Assembly: GCA_001774395.1 (NCBI GenBank)
Contig: MEZX01000002.1
Location: 302,101-366,100 of the forward strand
DNA from: Candidatus Berkelbacteria bacterium RIFCSPLOWO2_01_FULL_50_28
Lineage (GTDB): Bacteria > Patescibacteriota > UBA1384 > 2-12-FULL-50-11
Reading direction: 5' to 3'
Length of the DNA stretch: 64,000 nt
Under the pieces are notes generated by a model, which was not told the origin of the DNA, did not search any database, and saw nothing but the letters and a program-made list of their open reading frames with translations. Position 1 is the first letter of the stretch. Each line of letters opens with the position of its first letter. Below are positions 59,801 through 64,000 of the stretch, piece by piece. The position numbers and the translations under genes are program-made.

Positions 59801-60981
59801 GAAGCCGAGTCAACGGAGGCGGGGCCGAGTTCAAATAAAAACGGTGAGATGTTAGGGGTTTTGAAGGAATAAGTGAGGGAGTAAGTTTGACCGGCCTTGG
59901 CATCGATTGTCCAGTGTAGTTTAGTTGGGCTATCTGCGGTCTTTGTTACCTTCGCTTCTGTATCTTTAATCTCAAAATTATTTGGTACAAATTCATCCAA
60001 ACCGTAACTGCCGTCTTTGGTGGCTTCGAAATTGAGGGTGTAGTCGTAATCGACGGGTGGATAGGTTCGGGTGGCGCCGACGCGTTGGAGATAGAAATCT
60101 TGATTGGCTTTGACGCTAAACTGGTCGTGGAGGGTGCGAGTGCCTTCTCCGGCCTTAGCAATGATTTTAACTTTGTAGTTGCCCTCAGCTTTTGGTTGAT
60201 AGTTGGCCTCGTAGTCGGGGCGATCAGTTTTACCGTAAACTTCACAGTCTTTATTGACTCGAACGGTGCCGTTGGCAGTGTCGAGGGTGGTGATTTTGCC
60301 GTTTGGGTCAGTGACCTCAACGGTCATTGCGGCCGTACAAACCATTTTGCCCCTATCGTCGAGCACGGCCAGGCTAAAGAAAGCCTCTTTGCCAACTGGA
60401 TAGACGGCGTAGTCAGGGTTGAAAGCTAACACGCCCCAGAGAACTTTTTGGTCGTTGACCACTTGATCGGTATTTTTCTTGAGGGTTTTGATATCGTAGG
60501 CGCCGGGTGAAAGCTGCTGATTGTTGTCGCTAATCTTTATTTCATCTGGGCTAGCAGTGTCAATCTTGACTTGGTCAGTGATTGTCTCGCCACCAACAGC
60601 TTTAGTTAGAGAGATTTCGGTTTCGCCGACGGCTGTCTTCGGTTGCTCTAATTTAACAGTGTCTTCGGCCGAAACAACTTCGTAATTACCCTTGAAATAC
60701 TCGTTGGGTTGGCTACTACGAGCGGCGACCTCCGCAACGGGAATAAACTGCGGATCAAGTTGGATAGTCTCGGCAACCGTGGTCTGGCTGACGTTGTTAG
60801 AATTAACAACTTCGTTAAGTTGGGCGCGAATTGGTCCAAAGAAGGCCAGCACCCCCAAACCGATGACGAGGGCGAACAGAAAAGAGAAAAACCTGACCGG
60901 TCGAAGGGCATATTCAGACAACACAGTTGCCCGCGTCTGTCGGAATATTCCGTCAAGTCGAGTTTTTCCTGGTATTGGCAT
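47893..60981 (-). CDS. Giant secreted surface protein (4,362 aa): N-terminal TM, Ig/MG2-like region, beta-solenoid stalk, Hint domain, C-terminal WxL-like domain
   Basis: Uninterrupted 13-kb ORF that shares stalk modules with the larger giant; ends NGDYTADVVYVITATFP. Confidence 0.9.
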   Translation of the reverse strand: MPIPGKTRLDGIFRQTRATVLSEYALRPVRFFSFLFALVIGLGVLAFFGPIRAQLNEVVNSNNVSQTTVAETIQLDPQFIPVAEVAARSSQPNEYFKGNYEVVSAEDTVKLEQPKTAVGETEISLTKAVGGETITDQVKIDTASPDEIKISDNNQQLSPGAYDIKTLKKNTDQVVNDQKVLWGVLAFNPDYAVYPVGKEAFFSLAVLDDRGKMVCTAAMTVEVTDPNGKITTLDTANGTVRVNKDCEVYGKTDRPDYEANYQPKAEGNYKVKIIAKAGEGTRTLHDQFSVKANQDFYLQRVGATRTYPPVDYDYTLNFEATKDGSYGLDEFVPNNFEIKDTEAKVTKTADSPTKLHWTIDAKAGQTYSLTYSFKTPNISPFLFELGPASVDSASVATSAKEATTAGKPAEIENSSIENSLKTDSDEAQRRSYGGEVRQNSKIENSTKWVEPRSWLIASDNACQSAATGNWSDALSWTNCGFTTPQAGDTVQILNTHNITEDTASVTVAGVTIDNGGTLTVSTTNAITVSGNWSNSGTFTAASGTVTFSSTATGKTLGGTMTGATGKFYNLTFNGAAGGWTFSNAVEVANDFNGTNGAITAGNQNLTVTRDFTLANTAGVSYTAGSSTLNIARHYNDTGDKFAHDTSTVIMSGTGTFTSASGSQYYNLQWGSSGFTTTISTNSFDVYNVLTFNGGTVAEGGSSWLNLHCTISCTPVVFASATTLTGNRDLYFRPDAASLTITIPGGNYGSWGVDTYTASNSNTWQLGGNVTTTGVMKLQAANGVTGSAFTTTASNYSITALLFSIADCAPTRTGSWAVSFNASVVSLTSTTDALYVGPNCGTHTLNLGSSSVSIAGNLKYKDGTGVITVTPGTSTVTFNAVATGKTITSNAQSFYNIIFNGSGGGWTLQDAMSVTNNFDITNGTLDTNSTFNYALTVGGNFTGNSGTWTLNERNSTITVSGNWNTSAIAQDSVNIVEGGSTVIMDGTGTKTITTGATNTWEGRFWNLNVGQAVGKTTQMQQSFAVENVLTLGAGTFDLNSKTFFMASPPTNPLSLAGTWGTGNGSLYFHGGSANVNLLAYTYNSGLVNSLPNTYSLIFQGTTTFTGNLTVSDCCSRANITNLNGQTVTFNGSVTFSQSQGILTMGAANLTVKGSWTNSIGGTFNADTGTVDFAATSGTQTIISGGTGSTKQFYNLTHSGASTLSLSTNAVQVANDLSNTGGTMSGSVDVTVNGSATGVGAITMSGSSTFTQRVAAAENFGTTSGSSAWTFVSLTFSNSHASSPFTVTTQTGGSGGITVSSILRVGASGDAAGATTTLNAGNRTWTLSGAAGDPFQVLASPAGSLTGSTSTFAYRGENGAGNTTIERGGAGSYFNLDIGCSAICSFDTYVLEEATTATGNLTIQASAILDAVSGSNWGLTIGGNYLNSGTFTARSGTVTFNATDTGNTLGGTLSGSSSFYNLIFNGAAGEWTPSAAVNINGDITMTAGTLLGTQNVTANSNVAGTAGAFSLTGGTFLQTAAASKNFGTTSGSTAWTFSSLSFSNTGVSGITFTTQTGGSGGITVSGILKVGVSGDAGTATLDAGNRIWTLSGTGGDPFQLLASPAGALTGGTSKLYYTGANAGGNTTIQSMTSSYYDLELNAADTFVLEGDTVVTNNLTITHASAILDVTVSNYALTIGNNYSNSGTFTAQSGTITFNATDTGNTLAGTMTSASAFYNLTFNGSGGEWTPSAAVTATNDLTMTAGSLLGTQDLSVGDGGADPDLTGNGTINLTGGTLTLGGSGAVLFGGNTAWTFNNLSLTASYSAGTAIAATGSGGITVSGIFTLDATADTLSFDADAKTYTLSGTNGNPFVFTASPTFTATTSTFTFTGNNGAGNTIIQSTTYYNLTPNNGSEIYVLEAATITSNNLTITAGTLDVTAGNFALTIGGSYSNSGTFLANSGTVTFNATTTGKTLTGTMTGATGKFYVLTFNGVGGGWTYGAAVETASNFNLTNGTVDADSTGNYALTVAGDLTFSSGTTYKAQASTITVSGNWTQSNSTWTTQATGYGTSIVVLSGTTKTITTNGGSGTHFNKLTISGGAIYTQTATDIHVISDLNIQGTLNSVAGCAQAIYYDGGTGTTLTIAGTIGGSGGCFHVTNATPTYSYTGTISVPNFYYSMTGSTTIPAYTYAGNLYFRPASGTQTYTIGAGTMNVYTFVTTNNITGALTIDNTVNNTAWIVTALFRFTSTAGTVAMSLGSASYAIGSNWENLDTAVITPGTSTVTMGNATADGDMTSAGQSFYNLIIDDTGDDITIVDALTVTNDLTITAGDLNGTQNVTVSGNVAGTAGTITMTGGTFEQRVGAAKNFGTTSGSTAWTFYDLTFSNPNSPICAAFFITTQTGGSGGITVSDVMRIGKAADGCGTYFDAGNRTWTLSGTTGDSFQILASPAGSLTAASSTFTYTGNNGAGSTTIQSATYYDLIPNNSSETFVLEGTTGTGRDLTVTNGSLDTTGSNYAVNVARDLTLANTAGVVLIGNGSTITVGNDFNDTGNKFTEGTASTVNMTGTADNTGTLNSASQMYNLQLAGSGKTITVGTSMNQVNGVMTLNGGTVSQAASYINLAGSISKTPLVFGAATTLTGGSVMSFLINGGAGSTFTMAGGNYGNWAIEPYATANNSIYNFAGDITTTGSVYVAANTAVTGTTVNTQNFALTAATLQFGDGNAGRDGPVAVGFGSSTVTLSSTTNSILPHATYGGTSSTLNLGSSSVTVSGAVLFINGTPAITVTPGTSTITWVHTSGSKTYAPNGQSLYNVILNGSGGTVTPSGAVIITNDLTITLGTFDTTTSNHAVNVTRDVAIAGSASAVFRARTSTITVSRHWTVDLNGVFTRDSSTVQLNGDGNIAGTGTTQFENLTVAYNTKTTTMTRARTDVFGILTIGDASGGTMTCSVTCEFELFRTAGADLVLGTGATLSGSNATFQLRKLSAATVTVTGATNYGTWSILMHSDVAGLVTFNVGGNITTSGYTQVKADATGTATFNTQNYTINADKWVQGDSTDNGATSSNWGSSTATFNRASATDTFYVNSNGGTHTANFQTAFISATGHVKFVNGTGTLAVDDGTSTFTFAPSTGTSTYSPNSQTLYNVIVNGAATVQPDAAVAIANDLTMTAGTLNGTQNITVNGNVAGTSGVISLTGGTFEQRVGVNKNFGTTSGSTAWTFYDLTFSNSLGAPAAGRTITTQTGGSGGITVSDILRVGKSGDSSGATTTLDAGNRTWTLSGTTGDSFQLLASPAGALTAATSTFAYTGNNAGGNSTVQSATYHHLTVNNGSEVYVLEEATLTDNGGNLTITAGEFDVTATPYALTVGGNWSNSGTFTARTGTVTFSSTSTGRTLTGTMTGGSALYNIIFNGSGGGWTLQDAMSVTNNFDITNGTFDTNTTFNYALTIGGNLTGNAGTWSLTERASIITVSGNWDTSAVAQDSVSIVEGTSTVVMNGTGTKTIKNGSTNAWEPRFYNLTVGQSGNTTQLITNNGAAHNGTFTLGTGTFDFNSKGMNKTGGSFSLDPAGTFGLGNGSIDFSGSANFTLPAFTYNTTITDNISTGYKISLAGTTTITGSLRFGWGNSRNSEFDTANQTLTVGTFIVAGNTGAPIFTAGSSTVYVGTNFTNESNAVFNAGTSTFIFNATATSKTIQSAGDSFYNLTFSGSGGGWAPQDALVVTNDLTMTAGSLLGTQNITVNGNVAGTAGIINLTGGTFTQSVAGAKNFGTTSGSTAWTFSSLTFTASPAATITTQTGGTGDITVSSVMSISSAATTFDGGNRTYHLTGSGTPFSKTGLFTANASTISYENTTSANITSGCGTRAYYNLQTSPASGTPTYTMTTSATSFLAGTQVLTPTGSTPIEELKEGDLVKSYDLSSNQVVISPVVGTVIGTKDAYYIINNQVQATANHVFIMADHSSKAVEELRVGDLLATYSGTEPITSIQKVSETVTVYDIEVDTYNLFYANSYLVHNACAGTEVLGNFTLTGAGSAVVNAETSDPAITVTGNLTIGANQTYQASSAATFAIKGNYANSGTFTANTGTTTLSGTSTQTLSGGMLTTNAFYDLTITNSSGTIASDCERTGWVAGVDFNAAATVTNNYTITTASVKVEYESGATYTINNMNWNGQAVGTRLYFRNSAITGSWLLNVAAVGNDQIKTSYVNVSRSDASGGSTIIASDGTNTDCGNTVNWIFGQTLTLGLDSTSKDFGTINPGSNPSDQTSTLTASSNALNGYVVYAWSTQAMTNVRFGGVTLADWTGTNATPTTFSAGSYGFGYSTDDSSLTGGTADRFTNGGAKFAGFSHTGPGDPVADRTAPATGATNDITYRLYPSNTQANGDYTADVVYVITATFP
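49033..49413 (-). other. Hint (bacterial intein-like) domain, 127 aa, within the 4,362-aa protein
   Basis: SFLAGTQVLTPTG..PIEELKEGDLV, TxxH (TANH), LRVGD, VYDIEV..NLFYANSYLVHN; +1 Ala, +2 Cys; no endonuclease domain. Confidence 0.88.
59648..59823. repeat. In-frame cluster of intergenic-type repeats inside the giant gene
   Basis: 7-mer array 59648-59753 with a 45-bp insert at 59670-59714 (homolog of 3379-3423), plus palindrome cccgccgtagttg..caacggaggcggg at 59765-59823. Confidence 0.8.
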
Positions 60982-60984
60982 ACC

Positions 60985-61069
60985 CTAATACTCCCCCTCT
61001 CCCCTGTAAGTGGATATAAACAAACCCTCCATGTAGATTAACAATGCCTAATTTCTGTGGGGTCGTCAA
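60985..61069 (-). promoter_or_regulatory. Promoter plus conserved G-rich 5' leader (copy B)
   Basis: TTGACG, 17 bp, CATTGT, 6 nt, then ACATGGAGGGTT..TATCCACTTACAGGGGAGAGGGGGAGT; spacing identical to copy A. Confidence 0.7.
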
Positions 61070-61146
61070 CCTGATTTAACAGGTTCAAAATTAGTTGACG
61101 ATTGATCAAAAAAAAGCTGTCTGGTTGGGTCTTGAGAGTTGGCTAT

Positions 61147-61830
61147 TTACTTCTTTTCCACCCGGGTGTAGCTGGCGGTGAGTTTGGTTTTGGCAATCGA
61201 GTTGTCTTCGATTTCTTTCTTCGCTTCGGCCAGGCCGGCATCGGAAGTAATTGAGAGAGAATTATTTTCGATGGCGTAGAGGGTGAAGGTGTAATCGTGG
61301 GCTTCGCCTTCTGGCGGGCAAGGTCCGCCGTAAGCAAAGTTGCCAAAAATGTTACGACCGATCGTGCCAGGTGGACGAATACCTTGGGTAAATTTCGTGG
61401 TTCCGATCGGAATATTCCAAACCGTCATATGGGCTAGAAAAGGGGAGTCCTTGTACTGGTTCTTATCCAAGTCTTGGTCTTCGACGATAAAGGCTAAAGA
61501 CTTGGCTTTTTTGGGGATATTGCCGATAGTGAACTCCGGGCTAAGATTGTCACCGTCACAGGTAAACTGGGTGGGCAGTTGATCACCAGTTTTGAAAGAA
61601 GGGCTCCGGAGCTTGAAACTAGTCTCGGATCTGGCGACGCGCTGACTATTCCAAGCTAAGCCGGAGATTCCAATTATCACTAGCAAAATCAGCATGGCGA
61701 TGTTGTAAGGGTTCCGTAGAAAGTGCCCAATCCATCTCTGTGGTCGTCTGGGTCGCCAGGTCAAAAAAACGGTTAGGCGTGTAAGTCTCGGTAGCGTTAG
61801 TTTTGGAAGCCTTATTCTTGGCAACTGCAT
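61147..61830 (-). CDS. YbhB/YbcL (PEBP, Raf kinase inhibitor-like) protein with N-terminal membrane anchor
   Basis: FTCDGDNLSP, SLAFIVEDQD, HMTVWNIP, YGGPCPP..HDYTFTLYA; ATG 61830 preferred. Confidence 0.88.
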   Translation of the reverse strand: MQLPRIRLPKLTLPRLTRLTVFLTWRPRRPQRWIGHFLRNPYNIAMLILLVIIGISGLAWNSQRVARSETSFKLRSPSFKTGDQLPTQFTCDGDNLSPEFTIGNIPKKAKSLAFIVEDQDLDKNQYKDSPFLAHMTVWNIPIGTTKFTQGIRPPGTIGRNIFGNFAYGGPCPPEGEAHDYTFTLYAIENNSLSITSDAGLAEAKKEIEDNSIAKTKLTASYTRVEKK

Positions 61831-61904
61831 AACTTCAAGTAACCCGAACACGCAAAGAAGTTCAAGCTTTATGGTTGGAACATTTTCGGGTAAAATTAGG
61901 CGCG

Positions 61905-63095
61905 ATGAAACTTATGAGCCAAAGGTTGGCGAAAAGTCGCCTGAAGTTTGACGTAGAACTAACCGCCGAGGAAGTGGCGGTGCATTTTAAACACGCCCTT
62001 GAGCACTTAGCCACAACGGTCAAGGTCTCTGGTTTTCGTCCAGGCAAAGCGCCGGCCAATTTAGTTAAAGAACAGATTGACCCCTCTAAGTTACGTGAGG
62101 AAGCCTATAGCTTAGCGGTGCAGTCCGCCTGGCGCAAAATACTCGAAGATCTCAAAGAGCTTCCGATCCAGGACCCTGAAGTTGACTTGGTTGAGTTTGT
62201 GGAAGGGAAGAGCGCCAAACTTGCTTTGGAATTCGACATCCGCCCAGAGGTGAAAGTCGGAAATTACTCTAAAATAAAACTACCGAAAATTAAGGGTGAA
62301 GAGGCGAGTGACAAAGAGGTAGAGGTGCTGATGAACTCGTTGCGACGAGCGCACGCTAAAACTGTTGCCAAAATGGCGCCGGCAAGTTTGGGTGATAAGG
62401 TTCATGTGGACTTTGGGGGCTCTATAAAAGGGGTGCGCAAAGACAAGCTGACCAGTAAAAATTTCCCACTGGTTTTGGGCCACGCTAACACCATTCCCGG
62501 GTTTGACCAGCAGCTAGTGGGATTGAAAAAGGGTGACAAAAAAACTTTTACGCTCCACTTTCCAAAAGACCACTTCGATAAAGAGCTTGCTGGCCAAGCG
62601 GTAGATTTCAATGCGGAAATCCAGGAGGTATTTGACGTTATTCTACCAGAGATAGACACGGAGTTTGCCAAGAGCTTCGGCCATACAAAACCCGAACAGC
62701 TAACAAAAGCAATGCGTGAAGATATCACCCGAAGAAAGACCGAAGAAAACTTCACTCTCCAGAAGGCGAAGTGGCTCTCCGAATTTGAAAAGTTAGTGAA
62801 ATGCGAGCTACCAAAGACGTTAGTTGAGGCAGAAGTGGATCGTTCACGTGAGGCTTGGCAGAAGTTTCTAACAGATCGGCTTCTCAAACAGGATCAATGG
62901 CTTAAAGACAGGGGAATGACGCTGGAACAGCTGGAAACCGACTGGACCAAGGCAGCTCAAGCTTCAGTAAGAATTGGTTTGGGTCTGGCCGAAGCGGCGA
63001 AAGCGATGAAAAGAGAGCTCAAATCGAACGAAGAGTTCCAGGGCTTGCTCGATGAGTTAGTGAAGAAAGCAATTGACCCCGCACTAAACAGCTAA
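61905..63095 (+). CDS. tig: Trigger factor
   Basis: VSGFRPGKAP signature, FKBP-like IPGFDQQLVGLKKGD..FPKDH..LAGQ; precedes clpP; ATG 61905 preferred. Confidence 0.93.
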   Translation: MKLMSQRLAKSRLKFDVELTAEEVAVHFKHALEHLATTVKVSGFRPGKAPANLVKEQIDPSKLREEAYSLAVQSAWRKILEDLKELPIQDPEVDLVEFVEGKSAKLALEFDIRPEVKVGNYSKIKLPKIKGEEASDKEVEVLMNSLRRAHAKTVAKMAPASLGDKVHVDFGGSIKGVRKDKLTSKNFPLVLGHANTIPGFDQQLVGLKKGDKKTFTLHFPKDHFDKELAGQAVDFNAEIQEVFDVILPEIDTEFAKSFGHTKPEQLTKAMREDITRRKTEENFTLQKAKWLSEFEKLVKCELPKTLVEAEVDRSREAWQKFLTDRLLKQDQWLKDRGMTLEQLETDWTKAAQASVRIGLGLAEAAKAMKRELKSNEEFQGLLDELVKKAIDPALNS

Positions 63096-63216
63096 ACTTT
63101 TGCCCCCAACTCTTAGCTAGCTCAGCGGACTTGGCTCCATTTCTGGAGATTCCATAGGAGTATCGTCTAAACAAAAGTAAGGGTGAAGAGTTGTTAGTTG
63201 TTAAGTGCGGGGTTGA
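63073..63216. mobile_element. Empty foldback element with TTGA direct repeats
   Basis: ttga[ccccgcactaaacagctaa..ttagttgttaagtgcgggg]ttga; the left arm encodes the end and stop codon of tig. Confidence 0.65.
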
Positions 63217-63240
63217 CTTCTGTAAAGGGAACTTTACAAT
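63213..63240 (+). promoter_or_regulatory. Promoter of clpP (probably leaderless)
   Basis: TTGACT (63213-63218), 16 bp, TACAAT (63235-63240); ATG 8 nt later. Confidence 0.6.
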
Positions 63241-63248
63241 TTCTGTAA

Positions 63249-63854
63249 ATGTCTAGAGAAATCCAGAACCAAATACTCGTACCCATGGTTATCGAGAAAA
63301 CGCCGTTTGGTGAACGGGCGTATGACATCTATTCGCGGTTGCTTAAAGACCGAATTATTTTTGTTGGCGGTGGTATCGATGATCACGTTGCGAACCTTAT
63401 TATGGCGCAGCTTCTCTTTTTGGAGAGCGAGAACGACAAGAAGGATATTCAGATTTACGTTAACAGTCACGGCGGCTCGGTGCCGGCAGGTTTGGCAATT
63501 TACGACACGATGCAGCATATCAAGCCAGATGTATCGACGATTTGTATCGGCATGGCCGCTTCGATGGGAGCGTTTCTGCTTGCCGGCGGCGCTAAGGGCA
63601 AGCGCTTTGCTTTGCCGAACGCTCGGATAATGACGCATCAGCTTATGGTTTCCGGCCTTGAGGGCCAGGCGAGTGATATAGAGATTGAAGCCCGCGAAGT
63701 GCTGCGAATGAAAAAACTCATGAACGAAATCCTGGCCAAAAACACCGGTCAAAAACTCGAGAAAATCGAAAAAGACACCGACCGAAACAACTGGATGAGC
63801 CCTGACGAAGCCAAATCCTACGGTTTGATCGACAAAGTTCTCCAGAGCCCTTGA
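63249..63854 (+). CDS. clpP: ATP-dependent Clp protease proteolytic subunit
   Basis: [25 protein letters not shown] (catalytic Ser), RIMTHQ (His), DTDRNNWMS. Confidence 0.97.
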   Translation: MSREIQNQILVPMVIEKTPFGERAYDIYSRLLKDRIIFVGGGIDDHVANLIMAQLLFLESENDKKDIQIYVNSHGGSVPAGLAIYDTMQHIKPDVSTICIGMAASMGAFLLAGGAKGKRFALPNARIMTHQLMVSGLEGQASDIEIEAREVLRMKKLMNEILAKNTGQKLEKIEKDTDRNNWMSPDEAKSYGLIDKVLQSP

Positions 63855-64000
63855 CGCCCGCCGTCGCGATCTATAGAATTAATATTACAATTTGTCTCTT
63901 TAACAACTGACACAACCGTCAGGTGAATATTTGGCGGTTGCAAGAATGCTACGGCGCGAGAGCGTCGTAGAGAGTTGACTCCACTGGGGTCAACTCAAGC
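63851..64000 (+). promoter_or_regulatory. Strong promoter, boxA-like site and structured leader; probable rRNA operon leader running off the window
   Basis: TTGACG (63851), 17 bp, TAGAAT (63874); TCTCTTTAACAA at 63895-63906; hairpins at 63913-63940, 63949-63970 (GAGA loop) and 63972-63996. Confidence 0.55.

Noticed and set aside
13157-60981. Type V autotransporters, sortase substrates or type IV pilins
   Set aside because: No ~300-aa C-terminal beta-barrel or TpsB partner, no LPxTG-TM tail, and no class III signal (G|FTLxE); the terminal Phe belongs to the short shared domain.
12005-60988. Numerous plus-strand and alternate-frame ORFs of 60-175 aa overlapping island genes
   Set aside because: These are antisense shadows of repetitive T/G/S-rich coding sequence with no recognisable motifs.
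63100-63200. Possible tRNA between tig and clpP
   Set aside because: No T-loop (GTTCRA) or cloverleaf; the pairing is explained by the foldback element.

Overview
Bacterial chromosomal window, genetic code 11. It most likely comes from a Patescibacteria/CPR genome; this is inferred from the short EF-Ts and ProRS, the tsf-frr-rseP block lacking pyrH/uppS/cdsA, and many apparently leaderless genes. The ends hold housekeeping genes: prfA, rpmE, rpsB, tsf, frr, rseP, proS, tpiA and pgk at 1-10.2 kb, and a PEBP gene, tig, clpP and a probable rRNA leader at 61-64 kb. Between them is a ~51 kb all-minus-strand surface-protein island. It encodes two giant secreted T/S/G/N-rich proteins (~9,297 and 4,362 aa) and three ~400-aa secreted proteins. 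All five end in the same WxL-like C-terminal domain (..Y-T-x4-Y-x2-T-[GA]-T-[FY]). The island also has three membrane-anchored DUF916/DUF3324-like partners and one Big_1 membrane protein, so it resembles a giant CPR version of the Firmicutes WxL/csc cell-surface complex. The giants look like beta-solenoid stalks with LamG domains, beta-propellers and a Hint domain inserted at equivalent loops. Two families of small foldback elements occur in both gene-carrying and empty forms: TTGA-flanked CCCCGCAC..GTGCGGGG elements (one carries a GIY-YIG gene) and inverted 7-mer arrays (one carries a four-helix-bundle gene). The 7-mer arrays themselves hold 39-45 bp inserts, two of them in frame within genes. 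All family calls are by eye from motifs; no searches were run.
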